From contig JADIIX010000102.1 in the NCBI GenBank assembly GCA_027604505.1, positions 59,846 to 79,845 on the forward strand: a stretch of 20,000 bases of DNA. The letters run 5' to 3'. How positions within the stretch are numbered: the stretch's first letter is position 1; every line of letters begins with the position of its first letter. A program made the position numbers and the translations under genes. Shown here piece after piece: positions 11,772-20,000 of the stretch. This DNA comes from Gonapodya sp. JEL0774. Taxonomy: Eukaryota. The notes beneath the pieces are model-generated. The model did no database searches. It saw only the letters and a list, made by a program, of their open reading frames with translations, and had not been told where the DNA came from.

Positions 11772-12508
11772 ATGACGGCAGAACCCATCACTTCGGCTGT
11801 TGAGCCTTTCTTCCCCTCCGAGTCCCATATGCGTCTCGCAATTGAAACGGGCAAAAAAAATCCGAAATACCCTTTCGGATCAGTCATTGTCAATGTAAAA
11901 AGCGGGGAAGTCATTTGTGTTGGCTTGAACAACGGTCTAGTGGATCCCATGGAGCATGGGGAGGTGAGAAAGAGAATGACTCTCTATATTATGCTTCAAA
12001 GAGAGGTTCACCTCGTCCATCTTTTGTGTGAAGGTCAACTGTATACGAAATCTCTTGCAGAAAGAGCAGGGTGCGTTCCTACCCGATTTCAATAATCTCG
12101 CCATTTACACAACAGCAGAGCCGTGCGTCATGTGCACAGGAAGCATACTGTGGTGTGGTACGTGTGTTCAAAGATCCACCTTTACCGGTTGATTCAGGCC
12201 TTCGGTTGCCTTAGGCTTCCGCTCAGTGGTTTATGGGGCGTCCATTCAGTTCCTCAGAGATCGGGGCTACAGCCAAATCATGGTACCTTGCAAGGAGATG
12301 GTGGCTCGGGCGGAAGGATTCACATGTGGTGTGGCGACGAGGATAGACGGAGTAGTGCAGGTAGAAATCGAATGTCGATTGCGAACATAGTCTGTACGGG
12401 GAACTCACGCTTTCGTGCCTGGCTTTTTCACCACTACCTTGCCGAGCATAGTTTATGCAAAAGGAGTGCGAGGACATATTCCCTGCAGACGTCAACACGG
12501 CGTTGTGA
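11772..12508 (+). CDS. Zn-dependent CDA-superfamily nucleoside/nucleobase deaminase, paralog 2, about 172 aa
   Basis: Exons 11772-11963, 12034-12157, 12215-12360, 12452-12508. Motifs HMRLAI, PFGSVIVN, DPMEHGE|VN, IYTTAEPCVMC, ILWCGFRSVVYG, ECEDIF. About two-thirds identical to paralog 1 by hand alignment; its last two introns match the positions and phases of paralog 1's two introns. Confidence 0.92.
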
Positions 12509-12572
12509 GCATTAAAGGTACTGATGTATTCGTTTCAAAAAAAAAATAGCACAAATGCAAGCTTCGAAACAT

Positions 12573-13881
12573 CTAAATGTTGGTTCGTTTATTCTCCGTG
12601 GTTGGATTCCACACCTTTGCGCCATAAAGCAACCATTCCATCTCCCCCATTCGACCCGCCTGTTGCAGCCAGTGCCATGAGATGGGAAACGTCTCGAGTC
12701 CTCGCTCGTCTCCAAATCCCCCGCCCCCGCCAATGACCCGAATAACCCCTTCTGGCTGAGCATAGTACATCCCAGCAACATCTCGAGGCTGCACATCAAG
12801 GCGCGCAAGACAATAGGCTGTAGCAACATCTTCACCAGGATTTCCGAAGTAGGGGGAAGAGGGGTGGTTCGGGTAGCAAGTTGAAATTGGGAATGTTGGA
12901 TGAGAGGTGAGGAGGACAAGTGCCGCGCGGTTGAGGAGGTAGCCGGCTCCTCCCGATGCAAAGGGTAGTGGTGCAGTTTGTTCCCGTGGATATTGAAGGA
13001 CACGTCCCAGGAACAATGGTGTTGTGTCGACTGATGTGTTCCGCGTGAGTATATTCAGGTGCCGTACCAAATTTTCCACAACAACAAACGTGTCGTCGTC
13101 ACACTTCATATAGAAGTCAGCGTTGGGCCAATTGCGGTTCATCCAGCTTGGCGGTTGAAAAGAATGAGCTTATTGGGTGACGGTTTGTAGACTGACGTCG
13201 TAAGTACCTCAATGTCCAAAAAACGCGGTGCGTCACAAGGGATCCCTCTGTATCTTCATTATCTGATTCCACAAGTCCATCCAAGACGAGACCAGTTTTG
13301 TTCCACATGTGCTGTGACGAGTCACGCCCATCCGGAATGGGATCAATCATAGAATCCTTGGGTAGCTTGTCGCTACGGAATGTCAATCGTAAACCACGAC
13401 CCGCAGGGTCTTCATCTTTCAAGGCCATGTGCTCCTGTGCGATGCGATCGATTGCCCCTCTTCCCAAAACAAAGCGTACATCAACTGTCCAGCCAAACGC
13501 AGACCGCTCGGACACATGCATCGCAATTCGTTTCCACGTCCTCTGAACGGCAAGAGCCCGCGCAATATGTCGTGGAGAAGTCAGAACGGATATCACGAGC
13601 TTGCGTTGAACCACTGCGTTAGGGGACGCGTCGAAGGCATCATTCAAATGTGCCACAGCCGGAGATTCATTGATTTCATTCGGGCTGATAAGAAGCGCTC
13701 GATGATGAATTGGCGGTGGCGGTTGCGTGTCCGTCGGCGAGTAAGCTCGAGGCTCTCGCACCAACGGAGTGAAGACGACGGATTTGATAGCGAGCGGTAA
13801 GAGAAATGCAATCAGGAATAATGAGACCAGATTCGACAAGATAAGCGCGCGTCTGGTGCATAATCGCGAGGACCGCTCCAT
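12573..13881 (-). CDS. Glycosyltransferase family 31 (Fringe/C1GALT1-like beta-1,3-glycosyltransferase), type II membrane protein, about 415 aa
   Basis: Exons 13881-13208 and 13146-12573 (61-nt intron). N-terminal TM (LILSNLVSLFLIAFLLPLAI), VISVLTSPRH..RALAVQRTW, DxD motif FYMKCDDDTFVVVENL, LFLGR, FASGGAGYLLNRAAL, EDVATAYCL. An alternative in-frame ATG lies at 13953. Confidence 0.88.
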
Positions 13882-14309
13882 GAAACGTTTGATCGCAGTG
13901 AATGTATGTGCCGGGGACTCCAAACCCCGGAAATTCTGATTTCCCAATTGCATATACAAATATAAAGGTAAGCCAAATTAACCCGGACTTGCTTTTGGAT
14001 CGGAAGTCCACAGATGACCCAACCAGACCCACATCCGAAACTCAATACATAGTAGTGTCTTGCTGTTGTGTGACACCGAGATCAATATAGCGAACGTTTC
14101 GGCGAGTACAGCATATTCCACGATGGCATGAGCAAACGGCCGAGAGGAGCAAAGCTTCAAGCTTGAGGGAAGATATTATCTTGCATAGTCAGTGTCAAGG
14201 ACACGAATAGGTTGCCAGTATCTCAGGAAGTGATGGATCGACAAGACTTCCTGTCCTGTTCATAAGGGAGGAAATCAATTGGACGATTGGAATCACTTCC
14301 CTCAGACCC

Positions 14310-15700
14310 GGCGCAAGAGAGATTACAATGAGTAATATGTGATCGATTGGCAAGCTTCCCGATGGCCATCTCTGTTTGCGATAATGCATACTGCTGCGGA
14401 GCGATCCTGGCCAGTCATGGGCTTCTTTGAAAACAAATGAGGAGCCGGTTCACAGTACATAGAACCCTGCAGGCACTCCAGATCAGCTTGGTGGTGTCAG
14501 ATTCCCCGTGCCCATATCCAAATTATCCATCCCCATCCATCCGCATCCTGACCATCACGTTTACGAGTCCGCTCCTGAGAGTCTCTCATGTCTGCACTTC
14601 TGCAATCTACATATCGGCAACATTTATTTTCTCGCACACCTTCCCACTGCCCTCGATCCCCTCCTTGTTATTGATGATGAGCGAGAACGATCCCACACCA
14701 ATTCAATTTTTGAGATCCTACCTGTTCTAGCGTATCCGCTTCTATTCATCGAGGATATACAGCTCCTCAACTTTTCTTGGTATCTGTTGTTCCGTACGGG
14801 AATCCCAGTCGATTTTATCTCCAACCCTCTCTATGCCAGTATCGTTTATTGTGCTGTAGTTTATTAAAGTGCTTGCCGCAACATTAGTCTGCTTACAACA
14901 GACCGGTACTAGGAACTTTCAAGTCCATGATTCCACCTAATATTTCAAGAGCTGGAACCTTGCTGGCTGGTTCGAATCGAAATAAGGATTCACTCAGCGT
15001 TCTGTATTATACGAATGGTTGTTGCTTCCCCTTTCGCAGTTGACCCCTTCAGATACCAGTTGTCGAAGTCTTGGCCGTCTTGGACTCCAAGAGCAGGAAG
15101 ATGGAAGGCTACGAAGTCCAGTGCTTTCAACAAACATCTCACCTTGTCCCATTTATTCTTGCTAGTAAGAAGATTGTCAGCTCGTTGCTTCACTGTATGA
15201 CCTTAACACAGTCATGGAAGTTCTTGCCCTGATACTCTTTGTCTCGTGGCTGAATAAAAAGAAGCGATTACGCGAACACTATCTCATGAAACCTGACACA
15301 ACGGGCAACCCCATATCTGCTCTCCCAGCTACTCCCTGCTAATGGCTCTATGCTACGTCGGTGGGATTTGCGAGACCACTATTGATTTATGCATGACACA
15401 CACCCTCATTTCAAATCTGTTCCGTTCATTTAGACGGAAATCCCAAATCTCACAATCCACTAACATGAGCCCAGACTGTATATAGTGCTTTGGGAGATGG
15501 TCCGAGAAGCCGAATCCGAGATGGAAACATTGGTGGACTTGATCTACTTGATCCCACCTCAAGTCGTTTCTTCTCATTCAAAGCTCTGCACTGTTGACCA
15601 AAGTGGTGGAATTTTGATTGTATCGAACGAATAGTGACTGACTTGCGCTTAGGAACTGCGTCGCATTTCCTTTTTGGGCATAATGGGACACTAACAGCTG
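14310..15700 (-). pseudogene. Possible decayed TKL-type protein kinase pseudogene, perhaps with an N-terminal helical (MLKL-like) domain
   Basis: A minus-strand frame at about 14855-14520 reads ...LDE*KRIR*NR*DLKN*IGVGSFSLI...KVCEKI...IAEVQT*ETLRS, giving Gly-loop-like (14685-14702) and alphaC E..W-like motifs. A shifted frame gives EMAIG...HITHCNL (catalytic-loop-like, 14319-14336). There are many stops and frameshifts, and the call is pattern recognition only. Confidence 0.3.
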
Positions 15701-15900
15701 TTGTCCTTATTCTCAAGAAAACAATTTTAATTGGGCGGCCGAACGCGGAGTACAACCACCGTGATTGCGTTGGACATGGCATAAATGTACTTACATAACT
15801 CCCAGGGAATTTGTGGTTCATGTGTTCCGCGTTTTCGTCGTCCGCGTTTGGAATTGTTTTCTCAGACACCATACATAAATAAACGTGGGTGCAGGACAGA

Positions 15901-15924
15901 TAGTAGTAGTAGTAGTGGTGGTGG
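15901..15924. repeat. Compound microsatellite (TAG)5(TGG)3
   Basis: tagtagtagtagtagtggtggtgg, about 75 bp upstream of the ATG at 16000. Confidence 0.85.
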
Positions 15925-15999
15925 AATGCCATTCGTTGACTTGAAATCCTGATGTTGTTGGGGTCTGCGTGGCGTGGTCGACTACACAAAAACTAACCG

Positions 16000-17835
16000 A
16001 TGGAGGAGGCCAATGGCCAGTTGATAGAGGCTGTAGAAGCTGGAGACCTGGAGAAAGTTCAGGCTGCTCTAGCAGCCGGAGCAGATCCTTCACTGTCTCG
16101 GAAGTCTGTCTCCTTGAATGTCAAACTCAGGAATGGAATCACGAAAACGGACACCCAACTGATGGAAAGCGCCCTCGCAATAGCCATTAGAGACGAGAAG
16201 GTGGACATTGTTAACTGTCTGCTGAAAGCCGGTGGGTGCCGATCTCTGATCCTTTGAATTGAGCTACACCAAGTTTCCCCTGCTGTCAAACCCTCACCAA
16301 TCCAGGATGCGATCCAAACAGGCCCATTCAGTGGAAAATTTCGCGCTGGCACAGTATGTGGAGTAAGTTGTCACGCACTGCAGTTGCTTTAATGGCGGAA
16401 AGGGTCTCAACATCTCGGTTTAAGCCCAACAAAAGTGGGATAACCAGCGATGGTTCGAGCACGAGGCTCTGAAATATGCATCAGCGCTGGACTTTTCTCT
16501 CGCTTGGGGTGGGCGAGGCTTCAACAAGCGGGGTGCCCGCGTCGAGCTCCAAAACCCGTCGGATGCAGACCATGTCTGCGAGGACTTCCCCCTTTCACCA
16601 AACACGGATATTATCAAAGCACTCCTTGCTCATGGTGCTCAGGTTACCGAATCCATCCTTGAAGCAGCTTTTGAATTGTCAGACCGAAGTTTCCTTCGCA
16701 TTCTCGAAGAACATGTCCACCAATGGAGGCCTCAAAATGTTCTGCAAACTGGTCGCTCTCCTGCGCATCAGGCAGTAGCTCAACCGCCAGCACCCGTATC
16801 CGCGGCGAGTCGGCGGTCAGTGAACGTTGCACCGTCACTAAACTCTGGACCTGATGGCTCTGTCCTCGAGTTGTCGCGGACCCTTGCTGAGCAGCTCTGG
16901 ATAAATGACGAGCAATTGCGAATTATCAGCGACCAACGTACCCAATTGGGAGAACAGATCAAGAAGATTGATAGTCTCCAGAGAACTGTGGATGAACTTC
17001 AGACGCTTCTTCAGGACAGAAGTTCCACGTTAAAGTCAGGACCGCGATTGAGTAGTTACGGTCAGAGGAGCCTTCCAAACGGACACGTAGGTGCACCAGA
17101 TAGCGATACTCGTGGGCGCGGGATCCCAAATGGAACGCCAGAGAAACCGTGGGCGGGTGTCCCAATATCCGTTGGCCCGCTTCCTGCACCGACTCCTGTC
17201 AACCAACTCATGCGCGCGGCTTGTGCATATGCGCCCCATGACGTTGATGAAGTTGCCCTTACGCCTGGTGATAGAGTGTGGTGCATCTTCCATTTCGCTG
17301 ACGGGTGGTGTGCGGTGGGTTCATGATTACTTCACATGCACCTCAATAACCTCATTGAAGTCTCCTATGCTGTTGCATACCTCCTATGGACCTATGGATC
17401 TATTTCTTTATCTGGATGTTATCTTTTAATTGCCAGGGCACAAACCGCACAACTATTCAGTCCGGTTTCTTTCCCATGTCCTTCGTGACAACAGTCACCA
17501 CCAACCCGCTCACTCCTCCTACCACCCCTCCGGCAGTTCCAACCCGCACAGTCTCCACGAAACTTCGTCACGCCCTGGACAGCAACATCAACAATAAAAG
17601 TTCCCCTCCCATCACACTGTCGCTGGCACCCGCGACCGTGATCCCAAAGAATGGCTCATCGCCATTCCATTCGCCAGTGTACTCAGATTTTCCGAGCGCG
17701 GCTGAGTTTGGAAGCTACGGCATGTCAGGGGAAGCGACGGCGCTAATTGGAGAGCTTCATGGAGCGGCATCTTTCAAACTCGGTAAAGCTGAGCCAGTGA
17801 AAATTACGAAGGGGCAACCAGTGTGGAGTATTTGA
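16000..17835 (+). CDS. Ankyrin-like repeat + coiled-coil + SH3 domain protein with Pro-rich and WH2-like C-terminus, about 525 aa, 4 exons
   Basis: Exons 16000-16231, 16306-16362, 16425-17314, 17437-17835. Ankyrin-like units: LIEAVEAGDLEKVQAALAAGADPS, SALAIAIRDEKVDIVNCLLKAGCDPN, DIIKALLAHGAQV. Coiled coil: LRIISDQRTQLGEQIKKIDSLQRTVDELQTLLQD. SH3: MRAACAYAPHDVDEVALTPGDRV...DGWCA|GTNRTTIQSGFFPMSFV. Confidence 0.85.
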
Positions 17836-17876
17836 GCCAGTGAAAATTACCAAGGGGCAATCAGTGTGGAGTATTT
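17791..17876. repeat. 43-bp tandem duplication spanning the stop codon of the SH3 gene
   Basis: GAGCCAGTGAAAATTAC(G/C)AAGGGGCAA(C/T)CAGTGTGGAGTATTT at 17791-17833 and 17834-17876, with 2 mismatches. Confidence 0.95.
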
Positions 17877-18165
17877 AATCGGACAAAGTCTGAAGTCGTC
17901 TTGAAAAGCCACCCAAAAACCCCCTATATATCCGTTCTCTTGAGTGTTTGCGTACATCTTGACTTCTTGAGAGTGGCCGCTTCGCCGACCTCTTGTTTAC
18001 GTTTAAGTTTCTGTACCGGTACCACTGGGTTTTCCCTCATAGTGTGCGACTTTCTAGAGCAAGTGATGACTTCAGTTTAAATTGTTAGCTGATACAAAGA
18101 TTAATCAAAACTATGCCAATATACCACATAACAAAACAATCTCTCCCTACCAGTCTCGGTGCATA

Positions 18166-20000
18166 TCACGTATTGTGGCTAACTTGCCCACCTGACCCTC
18201 CAACCTCAGGTGTGGCCAACTGCAGGTGCTCTGACTCCATCCCACCACTTCCACGCGGGCTCTCCGATGCGCTCCCACGACCCGCGGTAGTCCCATCCCG
18301 TCTTATACGTAGCCCAGAAACCTTGGCTCGAATCCTGCCTGCCCATTTGCCGATGGAGCGCACAACGACGGACCACATAGGCCGCCGAACTCGAGGCGCT
18401 CCAGCTACATCCACTCCCCCATCAAGTCGAGTCAGTTCAATATCAAGCTCTTCAAGGATTCGATCTCGAGACAAAATGAATGTAGGGGGTGACACCGCAG
18501 GTGTCAGATTCGAATCATTGGAAGTGACTGCTGCATTAGGGATGTTGACAACGCGCGAAACGTCCACCATGTTAATTGAAGTAGATGAAGTAGACGCCAG
18601 TGAGAGCAAATGGGCTCGTTCAGTGGCGACACGACGATGTACTGTGACAAACAGAGCGTTCAGATCGACGTTGACGGGGATCTCGATTCGACCAAGCTCG
18701 GATGGGGAGTCAGTCTCTTCTTGCGGGGTTCCACCACTTCTCTGGGTTGACCTTTCATTGGATCCAGATCCAGTCTCACGAACAGCGGGTATAGGCCCAT
18801 CTGTGACAGTGGCATTGTCCAGAGTTGGTGTTTGTTGCGAGGCGGGACTCAAATCCCCGGTGATTTCGGTCACAGTGCCGGCAGTCCCGGATAGCGGTTG
18901 CCCTCCACTGGATTCCAAATCTCGTGTTTGACGCAATCCAAAGCTTGTCAGCCCTCCCCTCCACCAATCACGAGCCCTAGACGACATTCCGATTCCTCTT
19001 TCTGACACCGTGTTGGAAGAATCCGCGCGCGATACTTTGTTCTCGTGCTCCTGGTGCTCCAAGTATCTCTTGAACCACTCCCCGTCGGTGCTTATGTCAA
19101 GGCGGCAGAGCGGGCAAACACCTCTCCGATTGGCGAGCCAAGAGTCCACACAGTCGGCATGGAAAGAGTGAGTGCATGGAAGAAGACGAAGAGAAGACTC
19201 GGGAGTGTACGGTTCCAGGCAGATGGGACAGGATGTTCCTCGTACTGAAAAGGTGGAGTGTGTGGGGGAAGAAATCGTGATGGGAGCGCTGGATTTCGCT
19301 TTTTTTGCAGCAACGATGTGCAATATCTCTCCATGCTCCCTTTGATTGTCTTCGTCAAAGTGAGGATCCTCTTGCCGAACGTCAATTCTGAGGTCTGATG
19401 GAAGGTCGGGTTGCGGGTCTTTCCAAAGCCAGATTGGTAATCTCTTAAGCAACGTGGCATCGACTGTTGCAGGTGGCAACCGCAAACCACGTAAGGTGCG
19501 GGCATTGGGGTTCAGGCTTGTGCCGGCAGTAATAGTGAGGTAGAGGGTCGGGTCATTTGCACGAAGATCCGAAAGGCGAGTTATAAGTCGTTCGATGATA
19601 CGCTGATTGTAGGCATGATACAAAGACTGTTGAAATACGAACCAACGAAGGACTGCGCGCGGGCTCACATTTCTCCTCTTCTTGTTAATGTGCCACAATA
19701 CAGCAGTAACTGCCGCAATCGCACCGGTTATGCCAGCTGAAACGTATACGGAGGAACGGTAAAGAGTCACAGCCTCAGCGGCAACACCGTCACCACCGAT
19801 TGTGGTCAGGAACCCATATATGTCCGACTTCGTGGATGCTACTCTATAGATTGAGTCAGCTGGTGCCAAATCAAGGAATGCTGTAACGATGTCAGCTGCA
19901 ACGCCACTCAAAAGCCAGTAAACTGGTTTAATTGCAATGTTTTGGGTCGTGTCACCACCAGTCGAAGGCACTGTCGACAAGTTTCCGCCAAAAGAGCTGA
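18166..20000 (-). CDS. Transmembrane RING-H2 E3 ubiquitin ligase (probably PA-TM-RING, RNF13/RNF167/GRAIL-like); 5' end beyond the window
   Basis: The frame is open to the window edge. TM helix VYVSAGITGAIAAVTAVLWHI is followed by basic KKRR. RING-H2 CPICLEPYTPESSLRLLPCTHSFHADCVDSWLANRRGVCPLC lies at about 19230-19105, followed by a long Ser/Thr-rich tail. The PA domain is inferred only. Confidence 0.88.
   Translation of the reverse strand, partial: SSFGGNLSTVPSTGGDTTQNIAIKPVYWLLSGVAADIVTAFLDLAPADSIYRVASTKSDIYGFLTTIGGDGVAAEAVTLYRSSVYVSAGITGAIAAVTAVLWHINKKRRNVSPRAVLRWFVFQQSLYHAYNQRIIERLITRLSDLRANDPTLYLTITAGTSLNPNARTLRGLRLPPATVDATLLKRLPIWLWKDPQPDLPSDLRIDVRQEDPHFDEDNQREHGEILHIVAAKKAKSSAPITISSPTHSTFSVRGTSCPICLEPYTPESSLRLLPCTHSFHADCVDSWLANRRGVCPLCRLDISTDGEWFKRYLEHQEHENKVSRADSSNTVSERGIGMSSRARDWWRGGLTSFGLRQTRDLESSGGQPLSGTAGTVTEITGDLSPASQQTPTLDNATVTDGPIPAVRETGSGSNERSTQRSGGTPQEETDSPSELGRIEIPVNVDLNALFVTVHRRVATERAHLLSLASTSSTSINMVDVSRVVNIPNAAVTSNDSNLTPAVSPPTFILSRDRILEELDIELTRLDGGVDVAGAPRVRRPMWSVVVRSIGKWAGRIRAKVSGLRIRRDGTTAGRGSASESPRGSGGMESEHLQLATPEVGGSGGQVSHNT

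Noticed and set aside
10458..12508. Calling the deaminases TAD2/TAD3 or APOBEC/AID
   Set aside because: Both keep the catalytic Glu (Tad3 does not), have PFG rather than PVG, lack the APOBEC SWSPC motif, and are much more similar to each other than Tad2 and Tad3 are.
14520..14740. Stop-codon reassignment to explain the in-frame TAG/TGA codons
   Set aside because: All three stop types occur in that frame, intact genes have no internal stops, and they end in TGA, TAA and TAG.
18113..18931. 272-aa + strand ORF
   Set aside because: Antisense shadow of the RING gene's low-complexity tail; no domain.
548..20000. DUB + RING E3 as a functional ubiquitin gene cluster
   Set aside because: They are 11 kb apart with unrelated genes between them, and both families are abundant in eukaryotic genomes.

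Overview
Eukaryotic, intron-containing, gene-dense genomic DNA, not prokaryotic. Introns are short GT-AG introns of about 57-122 nt. The gene style suggests an early-diverging (chytrid/monoblepharid-like) fungus, which is inference. Manual splicing gives, in order: (1) a 9-exon USP4/11/15 (Ubp12)-type deubiquitinase of about 1958 aa (+); (2) an orphan helical protein (-); (3) a divergently transcribed SABP2/methylesterase-like alpha/beta-hydrolase (+); (4) two tandem paralogous Zn-dependent CDA-superfamily nucleoside/nucleobase deaminases (+) that differ by one intron and at predicted substrate-pocket residues; (5) a GT31 (Fringe/C1GALT1-like) glycosyltransferase (-); (6) a heavily decayed probable kinase pseudogene (-), possibly with an MLKL-like N-terminus; (7) an ankyrin-like/coiled-coil/SH3 protein with a WH2-like tail (+), whose stop codon lies at a 43-bp tandem duplication junction; and (8) a 5'-truncated TM-RING-H2 E3 ligase (-). 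I found no RNA genes, CRISPR arrays or intact mobile elements. The best candidate for something new is the pair of bacterial-type deaminases and their neighbouring enzyme genes, but no novel system can be proven from sequence alone.
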